Source: Octopus bimaculoides
Taxonomy: Eukaryota
Length of the DNA: 64,000 bases
Assembly: GCF_001194135.2 (NCBI RefSeq)
Contig: NC_068982.1
Coordinates: 75,625,534-75,689,533 of the forward strand
Direction of reading: 5' to 3'
Shown here: piece after piece, positions 1-13,447 of the stretch
Numbering within the stretch: the stretch's first letter is position 1
Layout: every line of letters begins with the position of its first letter
Translations under genes and position numbers: made by a program
The notes under the pieces: model-generated
Databases searched by the model: none
Seen by the model: the letters and a program-made list of their open reading frames with translations, nothing else
Told to the model about the DNA's origin: nothing

Positions 1-1108
1 CAAATAAAAGAATTTTCATTCCCCTCATTTTCAAAAGTGTGGAACCAGATTGACTTGTTGATAACACTGCCCATAGTTGAGTGATTTTTTTTTGTGTTAG
101 AGCAGGATATAAACATTCACATACATTCTAACTAACAAATTCACTCACAAAGCATTGGTCAACTCAAGGCTGTAGTAGAAGATACTTGCATAAGATACCT
201 GTAGTGGGACCAAACACAAAACCACATGGTTGATAAGCAAACTTCTTAACCACATAGCTGTGTGTGTGTGCACATGCACAAAGAAAACATAACATTTTTT
301 CTTTTTCAGTGAAACTGAACCTGAAACCATATGGTTATGAAAGCAAATTCAACAAATTATATTCTATTTGCCTGCTTCAACCTACTCTACTTTCAGTGAC
401 AACACTACAGCTAAATAGACTCAGGCAGTCAGGAGAATAGAATATATGGTGCCATGGAAGAAATGACAACAATACAAGGACAAATGGAAAAACTAAACAA
501 GATTCCTTAGAAAAGGTTTAGTTTTGAAAAGAGGTAATTATGGAATAAAAACTATGGTATCTCTTGTGAGAGTATCATCTGAATAAAAATAAAAGAAGGC
601 AAAGTTTGGTAATTGACCTTGATTTTTCGTAAATGTTGTTTTTCTCGTTCATATGACAATTCCTTCTCGTTACTCTGCTTTTCTAATTGCTTTCTCAGTT
701 CCTGAAAAAATGACAATTGCAACTAATAGTTATAAAAAATTTCATTACTTTCCAGCAAAAATTAAAATAACAACAGTTTCTAATTTTAGCACAAGGCCAG
801 CAATTTTGAGGGGATGGCAAGTTGATACTGTAACAACATTAATAATGATTTCAAATTTTGGCACAGGGGCAGCAATTTTAGTGAGAAGATATTAGACAAT
901 TACATCAACTCTAATGCGTGACTAGTACTTATTTTATCACTTCTGCGAGGATGAAAAGCAATGCCAATCTCTGAAGAATTTTAACTAAGAATATAAAGAG
1001 TCAGAGGATATGTCATTACATTTTGTCCAATTCATTAATGACTGTCAGCAGGCTGCCTTTGTTTCAAATTTTGACACAAGCAAATCCATCAACAGAATTA
1101 ACTCTTAC

Positions 1109-1174
1109 CTCAATTTTATTTTCAAGTTCTAATGTAACCGATTCCTCTTCTCTTGTAATTTTGTCAGTCACTGC
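1109..1174 (-). CDS. CIT: CIT-like exon 13 (coiled coil), 66 nt, phase 0-0
   Basis: AVTDKITREEESVTLELENKIE. Acceptor tattttcag|GCA, donor GAG|gtaaga. Further small exons in the 9.6-kb preceding intron cannot be excluded. Confidence 0.75.
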
Positions 1175-1273
1175 CTGAAAATATTAACACACAAAATAGA
1201 ATTAAGATTGTTTTTAACGTTATTTTTGGCTTCCAACTAAACCCTCTTTAAGACCACACATTTTCTATTAATA

Positions 1274-2111
1274 TGAGGTGGTATCAAAAGGTTCCCAGAC
1301 TAATTATGTTTAATAAGTTTAACATCATCTCTTTCGAAATAGTCACCTGCAATACACCAGTCCCAGCATTCCTGCCACTTTTGGAATCTGTCCTGGAAGA
1401 CATTTTCATTAAGCTAGTCAAGGACCTTCTGCGATTTACTCTTGATCTCAACAACAGTGTTAAAATAACCTTTGAGCTGCATTTTCATCTTGGGGAAGAA
1501 ATGAAAGTTCGCAGATGCTAAATCTGGCAAAAAGGGTGGGTGCGGAAGTGATACCATGTTGTTGACAAGAAACTCCCGTGTGAGATTTTGGTGACAGGGT
1601 GCACTGTTTTTGTGAAGAATCCAGATGTCGGGATTGCTTGTACAGACCCTTAAGACAGACCAACAACATCATTGATTGTCCGCTGAGGATCTTCATGCAC
1701 AAGCTGATGAATTTTCTCCATATTTCCAGGGGTGATGCATGTGGCAGTCTTCCAGATTGTTCGTCGTCTTCCAGTGATGTTCTTCTGCTTTTGAAGTGCC
1801 CATTGCATACAACCCACTGCCTTGTTGCTGTAAGCTTGCTGACGCATGCTCAATGTCTCTGTAGCAGACTTCCCAAATTTAATACAAAATTTCACATTGG
1901 CTCTTTGTTTCAACTTCCTGTTCATGACAAAATTGCAGACTACAACATACACGATCACAAAGAAACAAATTTCACAACTTGCGAAGTAAACACAGTGATG
2001 TCACTTGGCAAACTGCGCCATGAAGGTCAATGCTAGCTCTCACTGTGCATGCAACTGTGTGCTACCATCTGTTGGTGTGCTCCAGTTCGAGAACTTTTTG
2101 ATACCACCCCA
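1274..2111 (-). mobile_element. Tc1/mariner element, internally deleted and decayed
   Basis: Imperfect ~28-bp TIRs (TGAGGTGGTATCAAAAGGTTCCCAGACT vs TGGGGTGGTATCAAAAAGTTCTCGAACT) flanked by TA. Minus-strand remnant KQRANVKFCIKFGKSATETLSM is a mariner N-terminal HTH. Confidence 0.85.
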
Positions 2112-2149
2112 TATTTAGTAAATTAAAACAACTCAGAGTAAAGTGACTA

Positions 2150-2596
2150 GTATCTTTCTTTTATCTTTTACTTGTTTCAGTCATTCGACTGTGACCATGA
2201 GGGGCACAGCTTTGAAGCATTTTTAGTCAAATAAATTGGCCAAGTACTTTTTTCTAAGCCTGGCACTTATCCTATTAGTTTCTTTTACCAAACCACTAAG
2301 TTACAGAGACGAGAACACACTAACACCAGTTGTCAGGCGATGGTGGAGGACAAACACAGACATAAAGACATACACACAGATATGTGTTCTTCGAAAAGCC
2401 TGTGTTAGAATGGGGGCAGCTGATGAAGGAAAATGTTCTCTATGTGACCTGTGTGTTTTCTGTACTCTGGTTATTATTATTTTTTTTGTTTACGTTTTGT
2501 TTGCAATGTCCTGTACCCAGATATGCACCTGTATATACAGGTAGATGTAGGTATGCACATACTTGTACATATATATGCATATACTCATTTATTATT

Positions 2597-2653
<57 letters not shown>

Positions 2654-2812
2654 ACAGGCTTTAGTTTCTGTATACTAAATCCACTCACAAGGCTTTGATT
2701 GGCCTGAGGCTACAGTAGAACACACTTGCTCAAGGTGCCATGCAGTGGGACTGAACCTGGAACCATGTGGTTGGGAAGCAAGTTTCTTACCACACAGCCC
2801 TGCCTGCACCTT
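2150..2812 (-). mobile_element. Composite tRNA-derived SINE: head C, internal (TA)n, tail D
   Basis: Minus-strand head with A-box-like GGCTGTGTGG and B-box-like GGTTCAGTCCC, plus a CORE-like CCTTGAGCAAGT motif. (TA)25 at 2602-2651. Tail ends ...GACTGAAACAAGTAAAAGATAAAAG. Confidence 0.75.
2602..2651. repeat. (TA)n microsatellite
   Basis: Direct read. Confidence 0.97.
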
Positions 2813-4385
2813 TTAGACATTAAATGTCAATAACAAGTAATAGCAATTTGGTTTTAAATATGCATGTATCTTCCCAACAGCAAAACATTTGTTTCTGTCT
2901 GTCATACTTTAAACTTTTATCACCGAGTAAAAGCGATTTCCCTCAATACTACCCTGCCTTCCTCAATTGGGTCATGTTTTGCAAGTTACTTGGTGGCAAT
3001 GCCCGTGCCAAGTAAAAAGCACCCAGTACACTCTATGAAATGATTGATGCTAAGAAAGGAAGCTAGCCATATAAACTATACCAGAACAGGCACTGAGGCT
3101 TGACACAGTCCTTATTTGCCAGCTCCTGTTGAACCACTCAGCCCATGTTAGCTTGGAAAGTAGATGTTAAATTATTATGATGAAAATACTGTATTTAAAC
3201 CCTCACCCCAGGGTCTACATTGTTCATGGAGTCTACAGTAGTGTAAAGAGAAGGAATATTAGAAATGTTCTTCAGAGAGATATGGGGAAGAAGGAAGGAA
3301 GAGAGAGTTAAGAGGAAGGTTAATGCAAAAGTGTGTTTTGAATGTTCTATACTGCTGATTTCGGTTTCAGATATTCCATAGGTACAATTTCAATATTTCA
3401 GAATCATGAATTGACAACATAAGCCTACTTCAGTAAGAAGTGGGTGGGGGGATATTAAAAGTTAAAAGATGGTGATGATAATGGTAAATTTTCCTTGTGA
3501 ATAAATTCAATTTGTAACATATTTCACTCAAAACAGTCTCACATGCTGGAGGAAGAGGAAGAAGGGGAAAAAAGAAGAGGCGGAGTAAGAAGAAAGGGAA
3601 GAAAAGGAAGAAAACTATGTAGCAAAATTCAGACAACACAGTAAACCAAAATCTATTTCAGTCACAGTATAGAAGCCAATACTGCTTACAGATGTTAATA
3701 TAAGTCAGAGTCAATTGGAAAATAAGAAAGAAAACACCCCCGTAAAAAATTTTAAAAAAAACAAAAAAAACCTGTCACTTATCAATGTTCTTTGCTATCG
3801 TATTTTTAACACTTAACCTACCAGCATTCTAAAGTAGAATTCAAACAAAAGGAAAAAAAGAAGAACACAAACTAAAAATTTGCCATAGCTTTAAAATTAT
3901 TGGCCAAAGACTTAGTGAATGATGCTGTCATGTCATCATTTTTAAAAAACCAAGTTGAAAAACCATTCCACATCAATGAAGATCAAAGCAGCAAATTTTG
4001 TGAGTTGTTTGGATTGTCAGTAATTATTATTTTAGGGTTCAACTTCTCTTGCAAGTGTTGTTTCATCTAATTTAGTAGAAATCATAGACCATATAAATGA
4101 TATATATATATACAAGCAAATACACTTTCTCAATACTGAAGTATGTATGTAGCAATGGAGGAAAGTATGTAGACTTATATGGAATAAACACTTTTTAATA
4201 TAAAGTATATTGAGAGAGATTCCAACATTTGTATGATATTGGAATATAGTTGGTGTCTTCTTAACTACTTAACTATGACATGAAAGTACTTAGTTTTCAA
4301 CAAAGTAGACTGACTAAAATACAATAATATTTTTGACCTGAAGTACCACTAATCTAGTAATATTGGAACTCATGATCATCTAATG

Positions 4386-4513
4386 CAGTGGTTCCCAAGC
4401 AGTGGTTTGCAGATCCTTGGTGGTCTGCAAAGGTAGTACTGGGGGTCTGTGGACATAGGAAAATTCATTTAAATAAAAGGGATCCTTGGTGATGAAAAGG
4501 TTGGGAACCACTG
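4386..4513. mobile_element. hAT/Charlie-like MITE, 128 bp
   Basis: Perfect 13-bp TIR CAGTGGTTCCCAA / TTGGGAACCACTG. Flanks atctaatg / atctatac resemble a decayed NTCTAGAN-type 8-bp TSD. Confidence 0.75.
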
Positions 4514-4791
4514 ATCTATACATAAGGAAAAGTAACAAATTTATAAACCAAGAAATGAAATGGAAACCCTGCTGGTAATAATACTTTTCTCTAAACTCAT
4601 GGATTATTTTCCATCTTGTATTTGAGAAGGGAAATCTTTCCCAAAATATAATACACGCATCATTAAACAACTTATCAATTAAATACAATGTATTGTCTTT
4701 ATTTTTAATTATTGGTATCACCTTATACATGTTGCCTAATTCTCACCTGCATAGCTTAGCCCCCCCCCCCCCAATATCATTTACAAGAAAT

Positions 4792-5356
4792 CATCATCAT
4801 CATCATTTAATGTCCACTTTCTATGCTGGCATGGGCTGGTGGCACTGGTATCGGCCACGCTTGAATGGTGCTTTTTATGTGCCACTGGCATTGGCCACAA
4901 CAATGATTTCACTTGACTCAACAGGTCTTCTCAAGCACAGCATATTGCCTGATAATTGAAGGGTAGTTTAAATGGGCCAGTTATGTGACACTGGTATTGG
5001 CCACAGCTACGATCTCACTTGGCTTGCCAGGTCTTCTCAAGCACAGCATATCTCCAAAGGTCTTGGTTGCTTGTCATTGCCTCTGTAAGGCCCAATGTTT
5101 GAAGGTCGTGCTTCCCCACCTCATCCCAGCACTTTCTGGGTCTACCTCTTCCACAGGTTCCCTCCACTGTCAGGGTGGGACTTCTTCACACAGCTGTCCT
5201 CATCCATACACAACACATGACCATACCAGTGCAGTTGTCTCTCTTGCACACCACATCTGATGCTTCTTATGTCCAACTTTTCTCTCAAGGCGCTTGCACT
5301 CTGTCGTGTGTGTACACTGACATTACACATCCAGCGGAGCATACTAGCTTCATTTC
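4792..5356 (-). mobile_element. 5'-truncated RTE LINE with perfect 12-bp TSD
   Basis: MLRWMCNV...RQLHWYGHVL C-terminus and (CAT)n tail at 4791-4806. TTTACAAGAAAT at 4780-4791 and 5357-5368. Confidence 0.88.
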
Positions 5357-6794
5357 TTTACAAGAAATATGTACCATTAATCAAGATAAAAGAGAGATTA
5401 GTCTCAGAAAAGTGTGTAACGTGATTAAAGTTATGAAACTAGATGTCATTTCCAAGTTGTTAACAGAAGAAATCAGTTATTCAAGGCTAAGTAAAAGGGT
5501 CATGGTATCTCTGAATAATTGCAAAATTTAAATGAATGTAATAGACATTAAATGTTTGAAGCACAGTGATAAAGTTGTAAAAAAGTAGGGAGGGGGGAAC
5601 AACAAAAATGAAGGGGAAAAAAGGCATTGGAGGGGATGATGCATACTTTGTACAGATAAATTTTTTGCAAATTATAGTGTGGCTTACAATGCGTTGCTTA
5701 ACCATAATTTTTAATTGAACTGAATTAAGCTTTGTACGTATTTGACTAAACTTGCATATCAGGAAATTTATAAGTTCAATTACAATTTTTTTTTTTTAAG
5801 TATCACCATTATATGTATTTATACTCTGGTGGAATTAAGAAATCAACTCATAAATAAACGGAAACCTTGAATCCATCACTGTACATACACACACACAGTC
5901 GCATATCTAATCCATGTATGCATTTATGTATGTTTGAAGAAAATCAAACCAAATTTTCATCATTTTGAACCACTCAACCAATGAGTATTTCTGCCAAATT
6001 TAGTGAAAATCTGTTCAGCCATTTTCCAGTAATTTTGCAAACACACAAAGATGAGTGATTACAATATCTTGCTTTCGCTTATGCGCAGAGGGTAAAAAAA
6101 TTTTCCCCTAGGTACAGGAATGGTTGGGTATTTAAAAAGCCCTCTTCACAACCAATAGGTTGTGTAACACTTTGGGTCTTCTTCAATATCCTCAGATCAA
6201 ACACACTGCATGAGTGAACTTGATATAAGGAAACTGTGTGGAAGCCTTCTGCATGTGTATGTGCATATATATGCATGTATCTATCTACATTCACACAATT
6301 TTTACATGGAAAAGGTTGACTGTGCTTTGAACTTTTGGCTTGTTTACCTTCACTGTAAGTATGTACTATACTAAGAAGCAGTGACTAATCCTTCAGTTTT
6401 TATGTTAAATAGTTTTTATAAATAACTTGACATATAACAAACATTAATACAGATACACACACTTATGATTTTTTTCTCACTACTTAACTTGTGTTTGTTT
6501 ATGTGCCTATAACTTAGCAGTTTGGCAAAAAGAGACCAACAAAATAAGTACCAGACTTAAAAACAAGTACTAGAGTCAGTTTGACTGAGTAAACCCTTCA
6601 AAGACGGCACACCAGTATAGCCACAATCTAATGACTGAAGCAGGTAAAAGAATCAGTCCTGCCTCCCATACAATATGTTCTATAGTACATACACATATGT
6701 AACATAGAGGACAAATAGAAGTACCTAAAGGACAACTCACTGAGAGCCACAGACCAAATCTGTAGTTGGTGCAAAGTACCCCACCAGACCTACA

Positions 6795-8862
6795 GTGACA
6801 TGGTGGTGGAACAGTGTAGTAGACAGAGCAATAAAAGTAATGAAACAGGCATTGAAGAGAACTATACCAGGTAGCTACAGGAGAAGCTAGATAATAAGTG
6901 TATTTAGCCAGGGGAGAAGCAGAAAGGAAGAAGTTTGCCAATGTTCTGCTGAGTGAGGACCAGAGGCTTGAGATGTTCTGGATAGCAAGACACTGTGTCA
7001 GAGAAAGTTGTGATGATGTAGGAGAGAATTGTATTTGGATGGATGACAACACACTTGCACAGTGATTCTGCTAAACAAAAAAAAAAAGAGGCATGGAAAA
7101 GTTGCTATGAAAGACTGCTAAATGTGTAGAATGCATGGGAGATGGAGAGTCTTCCAAATGTGGACTAAACAGAAAGGCTAGCTATCTGATTTGACATGGT
7201 AGTAAAGCAATTAAGGATAGAGCAGCTGCAAGAGAAGCACTTAGCAAAATATAAACTGCTGTACTTGGCATTTTTCAACATGGAGAAAACCATTGACAGA
7301 GTTCCCCACTCACTTGTTTGGTGGTTGATGCATTGGTGAGAACTGTCCAAGTCATGTACAAGGAGTAAGGTGAACATTAGCAATGAATCTAGTAAGCAGG
7401 AAAGAGTTTACTCATGATTGGTTCTCAGTAGAACCTTGTCTACCATAGTCCTCCAGGCCATAACAGAGGAATTTAAGACTCATTGCTCTTAGGAACTCCT
7501 CTATGTTGATGACCTTGTTCTTATAGCTGTATCTCTACTAGAGTTAGAGAAGTTTTATGTATGGAAGCAAGGACTGAAATCCAAGGACAAAGTACAAGTA
7601 AGGAGGAAAGCAGACAAATTACTAATCCTTTCGGGGAAATGGCCCTGTTTGATATGTAGAGAAGGTGTAAGTAGAAATTGCATTTGGTGTATTCAGTGCA
7701 AGCTATGGACACATAAGAGGTGCAGTAGAATCACAGGAAGGTTAACAGAGAAAGTAGTCTTTGCATGTGGTAGATGTGCAGGTACAATAAACACTAGCAA
7801 TGTACAAGAAATAGATTTCATCAAATGCCTGGGGGTATCCTTGGAGGTAGTAGATAGTTTTTATTGCCTAGGTGACCAAATTAGCTGTGATGGAAGTTGC
7901 TCTGAAAGCATAGTTACTAGAATAAGAACCAGCTGGACAAAGTTCAGAGTGCATATACAACAAAATGTAAATGTTATGAGAGAAAAAGTTGGGTATAAGA
8001 GGCATCAGTTGTCATGTGCAAGAGAGAAGACTGTGCTGGTATGGTCACCTGATGTGTATGGATGAGGAAATCTGCATAAAGTGCTGATCTCTAAATGTAG
8101 AGGGAACCTTTGGAAGAGCAAGAACCAGGAAGACGTGGGATGAAGTGGTAAGAAGTGATCTTTAGATGTAGAGCCTCACAGAAGAAATGACAAGAGACTG
8201 AGACAATTGGTGATTTGCTATGCTTGAGAAGACCCCACACAGCTCAGTAAAATCCATCCCCATACCCCATTTTCCCCACAACTCACCTATGCTCACCCTG
8301 CTATTTCCCACTCCCCTTTATTCTTCCTCATGTATCTAACTGCACACAATATGTCCTGGTTAAATCCCTTTTCCACACCATAACTGCTTAATACCTCTTC
8401 TCTCTACCGGTGCCCACTCATTATATTTAGGTCCCACTCTCCTTTTGAAATCTTGTGAACCCACCCACTACTTACACTCTCCAACCCCTGTTCCACTTTA
8501 CTATACACACCACCCTGTAACTTGGGAGTACAGCTCCTTCCCACTCCTTGTCACATCTTCACAGTCTTATTCTCTCTCTCTCCATCTGAAGTAACCAAGT
8601 TTCTCTTATATGCAAAACACCTTTCCTGTCTCTCAATACTACTCCCCTCAGTCAAGGAGTCTTGTCCTGCAAGCTAAGTGGTGGCTGCTGGTGTCACATA
8701 AAAAGCACCCAATACACTCTGTAAAGTGGTTGGCATTAGGAAGGGCATCCAGCCGTAGCAACCATGCAGAGCTGGTGTAGTCTTCTGACTTGCCAGTTCC
8801 TGACAAACCATCCTACCCTTGCCAGAATGGAAAATAAATGTTAAATAATGAGGATGATGATA
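6795..8862 (+). mobile_element. 5'-truncated, decayed RTE-clade LINE (RT, PHD-like insert, 3' UTR, (TGA)n-like tail)
   Basis: Remnants YLAFFNMEKTIDRVP, LLYVDDLVLIA, CLICREGVSRNCIWCIQCKLWTHKRC...CGRC, LEVVDSFYCLGDQI and RTRKTWDEVV. Ends AATGTTAAATAATGAGGATGATGA. Confidence 0.88.
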
Positions 8863-10773
8863 TATATAATGGGAAAATTTATGTCTACCTCATAACATAT
8901 CAACTCATTTTATACAACTCACATGTCTTAAAAGCAGTTTGACTATTTCATTCTCTCAAATTTGACTTATAATGAAGTTATAACTTCATTACATATATAT
9001 ATCTCCTGTAAGACATTATATTTTTAACTTTTAATGGTGCTTAAATTCAATTCCATAAATGAGACTATATAGCAAAGAAGTGTGCTATGTATATGTAGGC
9101 AAGTCTGAGTGCTGTTCCCATATCTCCTCACAAGCAATTGCTGCTTAAATATAATTATGTTACCATTGAAAACAAAATAAAAATACACTTAGTTTGATTC
9201 TTCAGTCTATGTTTCAAGACCAACTTCAATACCTTCTCAGCTATAAAGTCATGTACATACACACATACTTGGAAATATTTTTCAAAACATAAAACTACAT
9301 TTTTTTCTATCTTTTTAAAAAAAATCTATTAGTGAGGTAGGAAGGCAATGCTCATGACACTTTACAAGGCCTTCAAGACTGGTGGGAAGGAGGGAGCAAA
9401 ACATCAAATCAAGGACCTCACCTGAATTCTTGGAGCAGAACAGAGTTGATTCAACTAAAGACACTCAAGGTGGCATGGGGTGGTGCTAAACTGGATGAGG
9501 GATTAAGTATACTGATCATGAAGATTATGGCAAGATTTGAACTTGGAATACCAAATCAAATACCAAAGGCATCAAGTTTAACATTCTTAGAATTTCAACA
9601 ATCCCCCACCCTGGATTAGTGTCATTTTTTTTTTAAAAATTAACCCTGAAAGTAGGAAAAGCAAAATTGTCCATGGTAGGATTTGAACTCAGAACACAAA
9701 GGTTCAGAATAAATACAGTTAGGTATTCTTGTTCAATGCTCTGATAACTCTGCCAAAGCATTTCACAACAATATAGATTTCCTGTACAGTGAGAAGGTAT
9801 ATTTACAAGTGTGGTAGGAATCTTGTAGGACTTGTAAGTGGTGAAACTAATTTTTCGTATGTCCATATGAATCACAAGAGCCTCGTTATTCTATGTAAAT
9901 GTAATCTTGTATTTCAGCTGCTGTCGCCACCACTGCACAAACAGATGCTGCAGTCAAGCATAAATAACTGCAATTTTTCCAATGATTATATTACCCAATA
10001 TATTCACTACAGTCATAGATCAGAGGGAATCTTTTCCTACATATTACATACATGTGAGTGTGTAGGGGGTGACTTAATTATGTCTCTTTACATACACTTA
10101 TACATCTTAAAGCAGACTAGCTATTGTTCCCCTCAATTTCACTTCTATAATGAAGTTTTAGCTTCAATAAATATATTTTTTAGCTAAAGTTTTTTCGTAT
10201 TTTGCTCCATTGTCATAAATGTGAAGAATGTGTGAGAGTAACTTTGCCAATCATCAACATTTTAATGTGCACTTTTCCATGCTTGCATGGGTCAGATAGA
10301 GTTTATTGAGGCAGATTTGTGAGTGGATGCCTTCCCCGTTACCAGCCCTCACCAAACAAAGTGATATTTCCCTATGGTTAGGCATGTTTTTTCACAGAAT
10401 ATTGGAAATGAATGCCACTGCTTATATGACAGTGATGTGACACAAGCATACACACACACACACACACATATGATAAATTTCTTTCAGTTTCTGTCTACCA
10501 AATCCACTAACAAAGCTTTGGTCGGCTCAGAGCTATCAGAGAAGACACTTTCCGAAGGTGCTGCTAACAATAGATAGATAGCTAGATATGTGCGTATGTA
10601 TTTAGATACATGTTTGTTTCATTGTTTGCTTTTGTGTGTGTAATGAAAGAGAAGTGGAGAGATTTCTTGACAGATGTACTTAAATTGAACAAAGCTCTTC
10701 CTTCATCTCTATATGTTCAAACCATAAAAAAATCAGGAAACCAGCAGAAGATAGAAATATTACATTGCATTAC

Positions 10774-10899
10774 CTGCAACTGGTTACGCAGCTGCTTCAC
10801 TTCTTCTTGGTAGGTATTCACCTGTTGGAGTAAACTCAACTTCAGTTCAGCATTGGATTTTTCTTTAGTTCTTAGTTTATTCGATTCATCTTCCAAAAC
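10774..10899 (-). CDS. CIT: CIT-like exon 12 (coiled coil), 126 nt, phase 0-0
   Basis: VLEDESNKLRTKEKSNAELKLSLLQQVNTYQEEVKQLRNQLQ. Acceptor ttttggtag|GTT, donor CAG|gtaatg. Confidence 0.84.
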
Positions 10900-11658
10900 C
10901 TACCAAAACCAAATGCAAACATTATAAGAAACAAAGACCACTTTTAAATCCTTCTCTCAACCCAAAAAACCAGCAAGTCATTAATTAACTGACAAAAGAG
11001 ATGACAGTTTGTATCTTGTCTCAAAAGAGAAAGCCACTGGGGTCTCTAGAATTAACAGCCAAATTTCCGCAAATCATGCAACTGATGTGATGCACACTAG
11101 CATAGGAGTGGGTGTGAAGCTAAGAAGTTTACTTCCCAAACACATGGCTTTGGGTCCAATTTCCCTGTGTGTCACCTTGAGCAAGTATCTTCTATTATAA
11201 CTCCAGGCCAACCAAAGCCTTGTGAGTGAATTTGGTAGATAGAAACTAACAAGGCGCCATTGATTATATATTATCAGCATCATCATTTTGATGTCCACTT
11301 TTCCATGCTTGAATGGATAATGTATAACAGGCAGATGTTGGATGTCCTCCCTGACACCAAACCTTATGTTTCCAAGTAAGGTACTATTTCCTGCTTGGCC
11401 ACACATGTTCTTACAGAATATTGGAAATGAATGATGCTGCTTGTATGACTGTGATTGATACTCATTAACAACTATTGTGTGATGTCAAGGCAAGGAGAGA
11501 CACACACACAACAGGCTTCTTTCAGTTTTCTTCCTCTAAATCCACTCACAAGGCTTTCAATTTTGATACTCATGCTTCTATCAAAGAAAGGCTGTATTTT
11601 CATGTAGTCTCAATCTACTGTTAACACCTTTTGTTTACACACCACACAGTTCACAGCT

Positions 11659-11674
11659 AGAGAGAGAGAGAGAC

Positions 11675-11705
<31 letters not shown>

Positions 11706-11723
11706 TAGACAGAGAGAGAGAGA
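11659..11723. repeat. (AG)n/(AGAC) microsatellite
   Basis: Direct read. Confidence 0.95.
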
Positions 11724-12017
11724 AAGACGATGATGATGGAGTGTTGAAGTGGATATATGATGAGAATGGATGCTGGAATTCTGAGAATAAAAATTCTGTT
11801 AGCCAACACTTTACTGCTATTTCAGTAACATTCTAGGAAAAATCTTCCTAGAGTAAGGTAATTAGTGTAGATCTTAAGAAGCTATAAAGATGTAAGCATA
11901 AAGATAAATCAAGAGCTGGTTTGTAGATTTACATAAGCCCATGAATGCATGTAAAAGCTTAATCCAATACAGATGATTATCATAAGTATGATTTATTAAA
12001 CCAGTGAAAATACGGAC

Positions 12018-12092
12018 CTTTATTTTTAATTCCAGATCTTCAGAAATTCTCTTCCAAGTCATTTCTTGATTATCAGCTTTTTCTAATAATTC
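12018..12092 (-). CDS. CIT: CIT-like exon 11 (coiled coil), 75 nt, phase 0-0
   Basis: ELLEKADNQEMTWKRISEDLELKIK. Acceptor cacattttag|GAA, donor AAG|gtccgt (weak but GT). Confidence 0.78.
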
Positions 12093-12949
12093 CTAAAATG
12101 TGAAAGGAAAAGAATAGTTAATGTATTTCCATTTTCCATTCAGATTTTCCAAAGTCATTCCCATGTAGTTTGAGAAAAGAGCAATAAAAATTATTTGATG
12201 ACAAGTTCAGGCCAGAAAATTCATCCAGAGATTCAGATCTTGATGCAAGTATAATAGTGTTTTATTCTAATAAACTACATTTACACAATCAGAAATGGCT
12301 TCTACAAAGAAGTTCAATCTGTAATGGCAATGTCACGGGCAGATCCTCCTCAAAGTCAACCAGGCCGGATTTATTCTAACCCTAACTATAATCCACAATA
12401 ATCCACACATTAAATCTAGAATGTTGATCAATTAACTGAAATTGAGTTTTACTTCATAGTTGGCTGTTGGGTAGCCCCTAGTTGGTTTTTAACAGAAGTT
12501 TTAACATCTACATCAGTAGAAGGTTACTATTTCATAAGTGTTCTAGTTATACTCTGTCCATGTTTAGCATATTGTATAAGTTTCATCCTTGTAAGAATGA
12601 GAGGGAGAATAGAAGATAGAGTGGCCATTTTATGTGAGGTGCTGAGAGAAGTTAAAGTATGATGGGAGGAACAGATTTATTGTGAGGGAGTGGTAGTGAA
12701 CAGTAACACAAAAGACAGCATTGATGGTGATGGGGGGGGGGGAATAATGGAAGAGACAGGATCAAGGGGAACGGAAACAGAAGTACGAGGGGATAGCGAG
12801 GAAGAGAAAAAGAGAGTGGTATGGATAATAAGGTGGGTTGAGTGGGGGGACCTCATGTTGTCCCACATTGTATATATATGTATACACACACACACACACA
12901 TATATATACACATGAAAACTCAGAGGATAATAAAAAGACCACATTTTCC

Positions 12950-13412
12950 ATCTATCTTTTATTTGATTCAGTCACTGGACTGCAGTCAAGCTGGAGCACT
13001 GCCTTGTACTTATTCTACTGGACTCTTTTGCTGAACCACTAGATACGTGCATGTAAATAAACCAATACCAGTTGTCAAATGGTGGTGGTGGAGGACAAAC
13101 ACAGACACAAAGACACACACACACATATATATATATTACACACACACACATATATATTACACACACACATACATATATTACACACACACACACACATACA
13201 TATATTACACACACACACACACATATTACACACACACACACACACACATATATTACACACACACACACACACATATATTACACACACACACACACACACA
13301 TATATATATTACACACACACACATATATTACACACACACACACATATATATATTACACACACACACATATATTACACACACACACACATATATATTACAC
13401 ACACACACACAC

Positions 13413-13447
<35 letters not shown>

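Noticed and set aside
9190-9245. Candidate rod exon AEKVLKLVLKHRLKNQTK
   Set aside because: Would be phase 1-2, incompatible with the phase-0 neighbours, and its donor is weak.
9910-9970. Plus-strand acceptor-like site followed by a GC-richer AAVATTAQTDAAVKHK* segment (possible nested antisense exon)
   Set aside because: Short, with no partner exons or homology recognisable.
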